Shown here: one piece after another, positions 1-8,384 of the stretch
Layout: each line of letters starts with the position of its first letter
How positions within the stretch are numbered: position 1 is the stretch's first letter
Source of the DNA: a virus
Taxonomy: Duplodnaviria > Caudoviricetes
Length of the DNA: 58,460 nt
Direction: 5' to 3' (one strand)
IMG/VR virus record: IMGVR_UViG_3300046722_000114
Span: 1 to 58,460 of that record
The notes under the pieces: generated by a model
Told to the model about the DNA's origin: nothing
The model's database searches: none
The model's input: only the letters and a program-made list of their open reading frames with translations
Position numbers and translations under genes: made by a program

Positions 1-132
1 ATGACAATCCCTCCTGCTCCGTCCTGGTTATTCATATTGATTACATTTTCGGATATCACAACATTATCACCGCTTTGAATGCTTATGTATGCGCCCCCCG
101 CATGCGTCAGACCACTCCTGAACGTATTATGT
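1..132. repeat. Terminal direct repeat (circular assembly overlap), copy 1
   Basis: 1-132 matches 58329-58460 except position 6 (A vs G). Confidence 0.95.
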
Positions 133-1343
133 GAAATCACAATATTGGCTATCCATACCGCTGCCCCAGCGAGAACTGAGATATGTGACTGAAACGCACT
201 CACATTAGTAAAGTTCGAAAATTCATTACCGGTTATTACAACACCGGTTAATTCGGCAGTAACACTTACGTTCTCAATAAATACAATACCCTTTATCGCC
301 TGCTCTTCAATAAAATTATTGGCGATGAGAATAGCCGCCGCGTCCGTGCTGCTGAGAGATGGAATATATGCTATGCCAAATTGGCACCCGAGTATCAAGT
401 TATTAGTTATGGTAGTGTACCCGCACTCTAAAAGTATACACGTTAATGCGGTTGTCGCAGCATCGACCTGTCCGAAGAAGTAGTTATTGCTTATCCGACC
501 GCCATTAGCCTCTATGCTATAATCATCAGCAGCATAGACCGCCGAATGCCCCCACTCAATAAAGGTGTTACACTCTATCACGCTTACAGCGCATTCGGCT
601 AAACGGATGCATTGAAATTGATTGCTGAATGCACAGTCCCGAACGATTGAAGATACGTTAATCGTGCCGGAACTCAAAACACCTGATATCTTGATAGCGG
701 CGCCAGCCGTACGGGCAAATGGACCCCCCAACCCGTTAAATCCAATGCTATGAAATTCAACTGCTTGATTTGTAGTGCAGGTGATCATATCCCCTGTTTT
801 GAAGGTAATGTCAGATATAATCTGTGTACCACCAACAACGGTCCCGCCGGGGCCGATACCGTTGCCCGCGCCCACAAAACGCATCCCAGTCGATACAGTA
901 AGTCCGGTCTTTATGACGAATGCGCCGATCGGGAATACTATTGTCCCGCCACCTCCCTGCGCCGCAGTATGATCGATCGCGGCCTGGATAGCCGCGTGGT
1001 TATCAGTCGCCCCGTCTCCTACCAATCCGTAGTGACCAGCGTTCGTATAGATAAACGGACCATTGGCAAGATACCAATAAGCGCCGGAAAAATCCTGGAT
1101 CGGCTTGCGATATGCCGGTGTGGCCGCGCCCGGCACATACTGCCCGCCGGAGCCGCGATCCCCGATCGTAGCATAACCTGTCGTAAAAAATGACGCAGCT
1201 TTGACGGTGACAGCAGGAATGCCAGCTCGCGTAATGTTCTCCGCTAATCCCTCTATCCCCTGATTAAGCGCATTGAAATCCGCCATCACCTGATCGGCGT
1301 CGGCGAGCGTGCCATTCACCAAAAGATAAGGAAGCGAGACCAT
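1..1343 (-). CDS. Tailspike / beta-helix (pectate-lyase-like) receptor-binding protein, 5' part; continues across the junction into 58328-58049 (about 540 aa total)
   Basis: Manual translation from ATG 1343: MVSLPYLLVNGTLADADQVMADFNAL...YGLVGDGATDNHAAIQAAID...GGTIVFPIG, the typical beta-helix cap motif. The frame is continuous with ORF 58049..58387 (GAGGIVIGSQ). Confidence 0.85.
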   Translation of the reverse strand, partial: MVSLPYLLVNGTLADADQVMADFNALNQGIEGLAENITRAGIPAVTVKAASFFTTGYATIGDRGSGGQYVPGAATPAYRKPIQDFSGAYWYLANGPFIYTNAGHYGLVGDGATDNHAAIQAAIDHTAAQGGGGTIVFPIGAFVIKTGLTVSTGMRFVGAGNGIGPGGTVVGGTQIISDITFKTGDMITCTTNQAVEFHSIGFNGLGGPFARTAGAAIKISGVLSSGTINVSSIVRDCAFSNQFQCIRLAECAVSVIECNTFIEWGHSAVYAADDYSIEANGGRISNNYFFGQVDAATTALTCILLECGYTTITNNLILGCQFGIAYIPSLSSTDAAAILIANNFIEEQAIKGIVFIENVSVTAELTGVVITGNEFSNFTNVSAFQSHISVLAGAAVWIANIVISHNTFRSGLTHAGGAYISIQSGDNVVISENVINMNNQDGAGGIV

Positions 1344-1344
1344 C

Positions 1345-1698
1345 TTAATGAGTCCACCCGCTAGCACCGATATTGAGCGCCGCCGCCGTGGCGCTTAATC
1401 CATGAATGGCATCTCCCGCATTCAGCACCAAACCAGCTAACGCGTTCAACACAGTTGGCTCCGCCGGCCCCGCACCAATCGATTGCCCCGCCGCAGCGGC
1501 GCCAACAATGATATTCCCATCAGCTCGCGACCCGGCAGCTCGCACAAGCCATAATGTCAACGTCGCGGGCGATGCCGTTACATTGGTAACTACTGCTCGC
1601 GTGATCACTGCCGTCGTGCTCGCGGGCACCGTATAGAGCGCTGCTGCCGAATTCGACACAGGAGTTTCGCCAAACAGAACTGATGGACGGATTGCCAT
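1345..1698 (-). CDS. Small virion structural protein (tail/head accessory, beta-sandwich)
   Basis: LYTVPASTTAVITRAVVTNVT motif common in small phage structural proteins; position in late operon. Confidence 0.6.
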   Translation of the reverse strand: MAIRPSVLFGETPVSNSAAALYTVPASTTAVITRAVVTNVTASPATLTLWLVRAAGSRADGNIIVGAAAAGQSIGAGPAEPTVLNALAGLVLNAGDAIHGLSATAAALNIGASGWTH

Positions 1699-1702
1699 CG
1701 AA

Positions 1703-1903
1703 CTATGCCAGGATAACCGCTTGGAGCGCCGCCATGACGACCTGATCAGCGGCTATCGGATCAGGCGCCGGCATGGTCGTCAGCTCCGCCATAAGGCCTT
1801 CCTGCTCGGCGATCTCAGCCACAATAAATGCCGAGAATAGCCGCTGTAAACCAACCGGCATCCCCGCAACCATCAGATTTGCGTCGGTCAGGAAGCTCAT
1901 CAA
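1703..1903 (-). CDS. Hypothetical protein
   Basis: 66-aa ORF overlapping the upstream stop, co-oriented in the late operon. Confidence 0.5.
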   Translation of the reverse strand: MMSFLTDANLMVAGMPVGLQRLFSAFIVAEIAEQEGLMAELTTMPAPDPIAADQVVMAALQAVILA

Positions 1904-2184
1904 TAAGCGCCTGAGATAAGCGCCGGCAACGCGCCGAGACTACCAAATCCCTGCGGCAACGCCGGCTGCCCCATTGTCGGTTGTTGCTGCGGCGTCGGCT
2001 GCGGTGTCTGCCCAATACCTGGAGGCATCATTCCCTGCTGCATGAGAGGCTGCCCAAGCTGTGGAGACCCCATCTGCCTCGCCAGAAGCATCTGGCTCAA
2101 CAAAGGCGATATCCCGCCACCGTCCCCGCTCCCCTGATAGGGATTGCCGCCAGCGCCGGAAAGGATTGATGCGAGAGTTTCCAT
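1900..2184 (-). CDS. Hypothetical Gln/Pro/Gly-rich protein
   Basis: 94-aa ORF tightly packed between neighbours. Confidence 0.6.
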   Translation of the reverse strand: METLASILSGAGGNPYQGSGDGGGISPLLSQMLLARQMGSPQLGQPLMQQGMMPPGIGQTPQPTPQQQPTMGQPALPQGFGSLGALPALISGAY

Positions 2185-2185
2185 C

Positions 2186-3271
2186 TTACGCTCCGGGGAA
2201 GCTCCCCTCTTGCACGTTATACGGACCGACTAGCGTTAGCCGGTCAACCGGCGCTAGATGAAGCGTCTGTGTGCCGCCGTCTCTCGCTACCGCCTGCCCC
2301 ACCTGATTAAGGTACTCCGCGCGTTCCTCATCATAAGACAATCCCAGTCGCCGAGCCAGGCGCCAGATAACGCCAAGTTCAATAAGGTCTTCGTCCAGCA
2401 AGGACGTATCGGTGTCGGCAACCCAATCGTTTTGCGTTAGGCCACAATAAGTTAAATTGAATGCGGCCCCCACGCCGCTCCCGGTAGTGCTGAATTGCCC
2501 GACCGGATTACTAGGCGTAGCATTATATTGTCCAGGTTGTGTTACCTCCAAATCCCCTATGCTCCCTATCGTAGCGTCTGCGATACCAGTGACCACCAAG
2601 AAAGGGGACTGTACTATTGGCACCGTGCCATGATCCGGGACTATTATATCTCCGACAGCGTATCCGCTACCTCCGGTATCCGGTGTTGCCCCAGCGAGTT
2701 GTGACGCAGTTGTAGATATTACCCAATTTTTTGACACATACTCGTAAACAAAAACGCCGCCCCCTACGTTCTTTTCCACAAGGATCGGTTGCCCATTCTC
2801 ATTTAGGATTGGCGACCCGTCCTCGTTGAGCAGCGGACTTGTAGTAATGTTGTTTACCGGCGGATCGATATCGAATGTCGCCGGCGCGCCAGCCGGAGAA
2901 CCGCTCGATACGCGAATGCGCCACCGACGCTCGATAGTCGCCCGACCGATGATGCTCGATTTGTAGAGTTGCCACTGCTGCGGCGTCATCGCCCCGCGCA
3001 TTTGCCAGCGCCGCGAACGATCCCATAGCGTGTCGTTGACCATCGAGCGGAAATCTGCCGGCAGCGAAAAGTCCGATGTCGTCCCATTTGCCACAAATAC
3101 ATTCTCGACCACCAGCGCGACCCAGTTCGCACGAGTAGAGAGGTTGGCGCCCTCGCGGCGAGCCAACTGTAATAGTCTGACAGCTGCCGTATCAAAAGAC
3201 CCGATAATGGTTAATGGCACAGTAACGCCCAGGCAGTTTGCTGCGTTCTGGCAAATCGACAACAAACTCAT
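2186..3271 (-). CDS. Head-tail adaptor / tail tubular protein A-like, with inserted modules
   Basis: MSLLSICQNAA...LPADF...DTLWDRS...LIELGVIWRL pattern of podovirus adaptors; internal LLNEDG..ILNENG and GGSGY..GD modules. Confidence 0.8.
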   Translation of the reverse strand: MSLLSICQNAANCLGVTVPLTIIGSFDTAAVRLLQLARREGANLSTRANWVALVVENVFVANGTTSDFSLPADFRSMVNDTLWDRSRRWQMRGAMTPQQWQLYKSSIIGRATIERRWRIRVSSGSPAGAPATFDIDPPVNNITTSPLLNEDGSPILNENGQPILVEKNVGGGVFVYEYVSKNWVISTTASQLAGATPDTGGSGYAVGDIIVPDHGTVPIVQSPFLVVTGIADATIGSIGDLEVTQPGQYNATPSNPVGQFSTTGSGVGAAFNLTYCGLTQNDWVADTDTSLLDEDLIELGVIWRLARRLGLSYDEERAEYLNQVGQAVARDGGTQTLHLAPVDRLTLVGPYNVQEGSFPGA

Positions 3272-3275
3272 GGCT

Positions 3276-3458
3276 TTAGCCGCGCCGGTATCTCAGAGAC
3301 GTGCTGACTTTGCGCTTCGGCTTGATGATGCCGGTTCCGGTATCGGCCGCATTGAAGTCCTTAGCCACCCCCACAGGCACGCCGACTTTCTTCGCGAACT
3401 TCGAATCGTGCGCGGCAGCCGCCATGAGTCGTGCCTGTGCGGGTGTCTTGGACGGCAT
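3276..3458 (-). CDS. Small basic conserved phage protein
   Basis: MPSKTPAQARLMAAAAHD..FAKKVGVP..VAKDFNAAD motif recurrent in phage head modules. Confidence 0.75.
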   Translation of the reverse strand: MPSKTPAQARLMAAAAHDSKFAKKVGVPVGVAKDFNAADTGTGIIKPKRKVSTSLRYRRG

Positions 3459-3463
3459 CTCGG

Positions 3464-3670
3464 CTATTTCTTCCGCCCGAGAACGCGATCAGCTTTGGCG
3501 TCGATGCGCTTCTCAACCTCGCGAGAGATGCGGCCAGCATTTGCCGCCTGTGTGGCGCGCGCTTTGGCATTCGCTGCGTGGGCACGATCCGGCACGGGGT
3601 AACTGCGATCCGGCCCAGCGAATTCAGCCGCCGGCAGCTTAGCTCGCCCCTTCGTTGTCAACTTCGCCAT
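3464..3670 (-). CDS. Small basic phage protein (DUF6582-like)
   Basis: LT..R.KLP...FA.P.R.YP.PDRAHA.NA.AR motif. Confidence 0.7.
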   Translation of the reverse strand: MAKLTTKGRAKLPAAEFAGPDRSYPVPDRAHAANAKARATQAANAGRISREVEKRIDAKADRVLGRKK

Positions 3671-3855
3671 CAGCTACCTTCCATCCCGATCGTTTCGGCC
3701 CCTGGCTTTAGAGGCTGCTTCGCGATCCTCGCCACATAACGACGCAGACCATTCGCGTCGAACTCCAGACTCGCTTTTTCTCCCAGAGCGATCAAATCAG
3801 CCCCCGCCTGCCCCATCCTTGAGGGCGGCCACTCGTTGAAGACAGCTTTCGCCAT
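3670..3855 (-). CDS. Hypothetical small protein
   Basis: TGATG coupling on both sides. Confidence 0.65.
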   Translation of the reverse strand: MAKAVFNEWPPSRMGQAGADLIALGEKASLEFDANGLRRYVARIAKQPLKPGAETIGMEGS

Positions 3856-4010
3856 CAGTTTCCCCGGCTCTTGGCTTTGGCATCAAGACGCCGGCCGAGA
3901 TCCTTGACGACCGACGAACCTTTTGGCGGCTGCTTCGCGATTTTCGCAGAGAAATTGCCCCCCGAAATCGTAACCCGCCGCATCGGTGTTCGCGCTTCCA
4001 ACTTCGCCAT
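3855..4010 (-). CDS. Small basic protein (51 aa, not in ORF track)
   Basis: Manual translation MAKLEARTPMRRVTISGGNFSAKIAKQPPKGSSVVKDLGRRLDAKAKSRGN; TGATG overlaps at both ends. Confidence 0.65.
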   Translation of the reverse strand: MAKLEARTPMRRVTISGGNFSAKIAKQPPKGSSVVKDLGRRLDAKAKSRGN

Positions 4011-4765
4011 CAGGCAGCATCCTCAATCGGGGTGCGCCGTGGACGACCTGGGCGACGCTTCTCTTCGACAAAGGCCCCAAGCGACGAGAGGGGGTTCTCT
4101 CGCGGTTCCATCCCCGCTTGCTGAGCCGAGAGGATTTGCTGCATGGGGTCTGCAACACTTGGGATCGTTGTCGCGATCGGGCTGTGCGCGTTTCGCGCCG
4201 CCATGCTCTCGGCGTGCAACTTGGTCACGAGGGTCTGCAGCTCCTGAACCTGCCGCGTCAGTGATGCAATTTCAGACCGCTGCGCTTCACCTTCGGCACT
4301 CAATCGTTCTGTTAGTGCCATAGCCGCCGCATCGTCGAGATAGGCGCGAGCCTTATCTCGCAATTGCAACAACCCCATTGACCGTTGACAGGTCTGATCT
4401 GACGCCGACGAAACTTCCTCGACCGTCTGAAACCCCAGGGCTTTCAAATCCATCACATGGGCGGGGCGCAAAACAGGCCATTCCGAAAGAGGTATGCCAT
4501 CGACCGTTTGATCGATCCCCTGCCGGAACTGCTCATATTCACGCGGCCAGCGCCGCCGGTGCTCGTCAGTAACCCTGTGGACAGGCATCGTGTAGGGATT
4601 GCCTGGCAGGAAAATCTCGACGCGCTCCTCATCGTGATAGACGCCGTGCCCCTCCCTTGCGCTAGCGAGTTCATCAACCACCGGCTCAAGATAGAAGCGC
4701 GGACGGACGCTACCAGCGGGCGCCTCTTCGCCGCCGCTCCATGACCGTGTATACTGCGACTGCAT
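4010..4765 (-). CDS. Conserved phage head-module protein with C-terminal coiled coil
   Basis: PRFY..SAREG..VY..E.VEI..PG..HRRRWP..Y..F motif; lies between capsid and adaptor genes. Confidence 0.7.
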   Translation of the reverse strand: MQSQYTRSWSGGEEAPAGSVRPRFYLEPVVDELASAREGHGVYHDEERVEIFLPGNPYTMPVHRVTDEHRRRWPREYEQFRQGIDQTVDGIPLSEWPVLRPAHVMDLKALGFQTVEEVSSASDQTCQRSMGLLQLRDKARAYLDDAAAMALTERLSAEGEAQRSEIASLTRQVQELQTLVTKLHAESMAARNAHSPIATTIPSVADPMQQILSAQQAGMEPRENPLSSLGAFVEEKRRPGRPRRTPIEDAA

Positions 4766-4775
4766 TCGATGCTCC

Positions 4776-5138
4776 CTAGGCGCTGATGATCGCGATCGAG
4801 CCGGTGCCGGCGCCGATAATAATTGCCGCCTTCAGCGTCGGTAACGAAACACCGGTCGCGCCCGCGATGCCGTTGATCGTCTCAGAACCGTTGCCATAGA
4901 GTTTCAGCGTATTCGCGCCGGCATTGTAGATCAGTTGCGGCCCCTGATTGCCGGTCGACCGCAGCACCACGCCAGAGCTTGCAGGCGCCGTCGAGACAAT
5001 CGTGAAATTGCCGCTCAATGCGGTCCCGGTGGCCTGCGTTGTGCCAGCTCCTACAACCGTCTGCACGGCATCTTGACCGAGTTGTCGCGCTTCTCCGGCG
5101 GGCATACCGGCTGCCATCAATTCTGATTTCAGAGCCAT
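4776..5138 (-). CDS. Putative capsid decoration / minor structural protein
   Basis: Start MALKSEL after AGGAG; AGTTQATGTAL...VSTAPASSGVVL motif. Confidence 0.6.
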   Translation of the reverse strand: MALKSELMAAGMPAGEARQLGQDAVQTVVGAGTTQATGTALSGNFTIVSTAPASSGVVLRSTGNQGPQLIYNAGANTLKLYGNGSETINGIAGATGVSLPTLKAAIIIGAGTGSIAIISA

Positions 5139-5149
5139 CTTGATTTCTC

Positions 5150-6616
5150 CTATGCGGCGGCTTGCGCCATGCCAAAGGTTTGCCGCGCGACTTCCGGCAA
5201 CAGTCCTGACCCATGAACCGTGATGACGACCCCGTGATCGGCCAGCAGCTTGGCGAACTCGGGGAACGCTTGCGCCTGGGCGTACATAGCCGGCGAGCAG
5301 ACAAACTTCTTGCGACCGCACCAGACCTCGCGGCGCTCATTCTCCGCGCCAGCCTCGGCCTGCGCGTAGGCGTGGCTCTCGCCGTCCCGGTCACTGCTGT
5401 CGTAGCCATAGAGGTGCATCTGCCGATAGCCAAGCGCATAGGCCAGCGCCAGCGCCGTTCACCCGACCGTGATGCCGCCTCCGATGAGGATCGAATGTCC
5501 CTCGAACTGCCCCTCAATGCCTTCCTCGGCATGATGAAACAGCGTCACGTCTTCACGGCTCAAGATATCGAAGATCGCCGGGTCGCATTGGGAGGCGACG
5601 AGGAACGCTTCAGCACAAATAGGCCGCACAAAGCGCCGGTTCTGCGGACGAGAATCTAGCAAAACCTGATATTTAGGAATTAAGCCGTATTGCGCCAGCC
5701 ATTGCGCCGCGCCGTTCAGCGCAAATAAATCCTGTCCCTGCGCCTCCCGGCGGCGCAAATCGTTGAGGCAATCGGCAGCCGATGGCCCACCCCCGACAAT
5801 GACGGCGTGCCCGTCATGCGCAGGCATCTCCTTCGCCCACGGTATCTGCCGCCGGCTATTGATTGCCACATTCTCGAAAATCTTGTCCTTCGGCGAATTC
5901 GAAACGACATTCCACTCGATCCGCTCGCCGATTCCGAGCCACTTCGCGCTATAGTCCTTCATCCACTGCTTGCGTTCGCCCCGAAAGTGCAGGACGTAGC
6001 CGCGCGAGCAGTCGTCGTCAGGATACTCCGGCGCAAGATTGTACGGATCGACCGGAAGGAAGCGGATGACCGGCCCGTTGCCATAGCTGCAAACGACGCT
6101 CGGCGTTGATGTGGGTTTGACTACCGCAGCTAGCGCCTTCTGGTCATCTCCCCATTCCTCGCCCATGTTGGCGAAGGCTCGCACCCAGATATAGGCTGCA
6201 TCGAAGCCGCTGCGAATGAAGATCGCCCCGGTGTTCAGCACGCAGTCAGCAAACGGCCCAACCGTAAACGCGATGTCGAATTCCCGCTTGAACACCTCGG
6301 CCGGATCGCGCGCCAGCACGCAATCGGCGCCCAGGAACAGCGTATCTTCCTTGGCGAGCGACGAATTGAGATAGGCCAGCTGCCCGAAAATGATCGCCTT
6401 CATCAGCGGGCGCGGCAGTGCCTCCACAAAGAAAGCATCACCACCGCTGTAATCGAGCGTGCCCTCGGGATACTGCCCCACCTGAAGATCGTCGGTGATG
6501 ACGATATGCCGATGGCCGTAGCGCTTGCACGACTCGCGCAGGATGTCGAGAAACGGCGTATAATCCTGATAGAGCGGGTGCTCTGGACGAGGAGCGTATA
6601 TCGAGACGACGTTCAT
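5150..6616 (-). CDS. Two-domain glycosyltransferase: NDP-sugar transferase-like domain + Maf/DUF115-like domain, with an in-frame TGA at 5459-5461
   Basis: N-terminal LFLGADCVL..FDIAFT..LNTGAIF..WGDDQ; C-terminal AVIVGGGPS..ALNGA..LLD..ASQC..GGITVG*TALALAYALGYRQMHLYGYDSS. ORFs 5459..6697 and 5150..5419 are in the same frame. Confidence 0.7.
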
Positions 6617-7170
6617 GCCATCGCGTCCATAAGAAGGCCGCGCAATGCACCGCTCTCCTTTAGCCGATGCGGCAAATCGTGCCCGCCATGCGCCCACTTG
6701 CGACGCTCCGCCCCCAATCGAGCGGCGTGCATCGCATCAAGATCATCGTTCTCCGCGTAATGTACCATCGCCTGCGGATAAGTGCCCGCAATGTCCCTTG
6801 CCGGCGTCTGTTCGCATTTCCCCGGCCAGCGATGGTCCCCCAGCTCACGCTTCGCCTTACCGCACGCTGATTGTGGGCAAAACACGATAATCCGATCAGC
6901 CTTCATCATCTTGCCAAACCAAAGAGCCGCGAAGCCCCCGGCAGAGCCGCCGACAAAGACCGTCATTCCCGCCATTTTCTGCCGTAGCAGACTGCGCACT
7001 ACACTCAGGCCGGTGCGCTGATACCAGCATTGGTGCTCGTCCTGCACGCCGATAAAATTCGCCGGGAAATCCTCGAATGCCGTCGTCCACTCGTAAATGT
7101 GGTTCTGCGGCGCCATGCCCGAAAAGGCGACAACCGTCGTATCATATCCTCGGTGGCTGATAGCGATCAC
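6613..7170 (-). CDS. Alpha/beta-hydrolase-fold protein (putative esterase)
   Basis: VVAFSG, FVGGSAGGFAAL (GxSxG), D and late GGHD. Confidence 0.7.
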   Translation of the reverse strand: MIAISHRGYDTTVVAFSGMAPQNHIYEWTTAFEDFPANFIGVQDEHQCWYQRTGLSVVRSLLRQKMAGMTVFVGGSAGGFAALWFGKMMKADRIIVFCPQSACGKAKRELGDHRWPGKCEQTPARDIAGTYPQAMVHYAENDDLDAMHAARLGAERRKWAHGGHDLPHRLKESGALRGLLMDAMA

Positions 7171-7796
7171 GCCGCCCTCGCAATCGGTCCCATGACCGTC
7201 ACGCCAGCAGGAACGTCCTTGACCACGAGCGCGCCCGCCGCGACCACGGCATCGTCGCCAACCTGCACGCCGGCCAGTACGTTCGCTCCGGAACCGACCA
7301 ACACCCGCTCGCCAAATATAGTCGGTTGCGCGCCGGGATAATGATAGTTTTGCAGGTCAACCCGGCGATCGTTCGACGTAACGACCCCGACCCCGAAGAA
7401 GCATCCTCGCCCGACCCTCGCCCCGCCAGTCAGGTGCGTCGTGTCCTGAAACCGCACGTCATCGGCGATCTCGCAATCGTAGTTGATCGAGACATAGCGC
7501 CCGACAACCACGCGATCCCCGAGCCGGCTCCCCTCGCGCACGCTGGCGAAGTCACCGATCAGGCAATTCTCGCCGATCACCGCACCGCTATACACGATCG
7601 CATGCGGCCCGATTACTGTGCCGGCGCCAATATGCAATTCATAGGTCCACTGGGGCTGTCGGGCGAGCGCCGGGCTTGTGTCCGGCACCCTCCCGACAAT
7701 CGCATAGGGATGCACGACAACGCCGCGCCCAAGCGTCACCCACGGTTCCACGATGGCCTGCGGATGAACGCCGGAGAAATCGCTGTCGTTCGGCAT
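7167..7796 (-). CDS. Left-handed beta-helix (hexapeptide repeat) acetyltransferase
   Basis: Hexapeptide repeats (IGAGTVIGPHAIV, IGENCLIG), TSND, VGDDAVVAAGALVVKDVP. Confidence 0.9.
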   Translation of the reverse strand: MPNDSDFSGVHPQAIVEPWVTLGRGVVVHPYAIVGRVPDTSPALARQPQWTYELHIGAGTVIGPHAIVYSGAVIGENCLIGDFASVREGSRLGDRVVVGRYVSINYDCEIADDVRFQDTTHLTGGARVGRGCFFGVGVVTSNDRRVDLQNYHYPGAQPTIFGERVLVGSGANVLAGVQVGDDAVVAAGALVVKDVPAGVTVMGPIARAA

Positions 7797-7827
7797 TTCC
7801 GTAACCTATAATTGCAAGAGATACGGA

Positions 7828-8340
7828 TCAGACAACCGCACCTTGTAAAAATGGGCGGTCGATGATCGCCGTGATCGTGCTCGTCGCCGACGCAACCGTG
7901 GCGCCCGCCACATTCGCCGAGCGCGCATTCATAAGCTGCTTGCCAGATGCCGCCGTAGACATCACGCGTCCGGTCGTACCGCTCTGATACAGCGGAACAG
8001 AGGGACTGACCTTCACAGCTGTCTTCTTGATGACGGCAGCCCCGCCGATCTGATACCAACCCCACGATCCCGTCACGTTCGCCGACATGGCGACCGCAAC
8101 CGGGGAATTCTGGTTGCCTGTGTTTGCTGACAGCGTCGTCACATGAGAAACCATGTTATAGGTTACCAGCGACCCGACGACGGTACTATCGACGCCCTTC
8201 AGGTAGATGAACTCGCCACCGCCCTGAACGCCGCTCGAATCATAAGCGCGAGCAACAGTGCCTTCGTCCGTGTTCTGCACCGTGCTCGTAACCTCGATCG
8301 GCTGCAGGCCGAGGCGGTTCTCCTGGAAAATCCACGTCAT
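7828..8340 (-). CDS. Capsid cement/decoration protein
   Basis: Immediately after the MCP; GGEFIYLKG..VAVAMSA..WGWYQI.G motif. Confidence 0.7.
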   Translation of the reverse strand: MTWIFQENRLGLQPIEVTSTVQNTDEGTVARAYDSSGVQGGGEFIYLKGVDSTVVGSLVTYNMVSHVTTLSANTGNQNSPVAVAMSANVTGSWGWYQIGGAAVIKKTAVKVSPSVPLYQSGTTGRVMSTAASGKQLMNARSANVAGATVASATSTITAIIDRPFLQGAVV

Positions 8341-8384
8341 GGTGTTTGCTCCTTACCTTTGCATCCTGATTGCGACCGCAGGCG

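Noticed and set aside
1-132. Terminal repeat with an A/G mismatch as a DGR template/variable repeat pair or as physical DTRs
   Set aside because: No reverse transcriptase seen, only one synonymous difference, and the repeat lies mid-gene at the contig ends, so an assembly overlap is more likely
5459-5461. Genome-wide UGA reassignment
   Set aside because: Many genes end in TGA with ATGA/TGATG coupling, so UGA is a normal stop here
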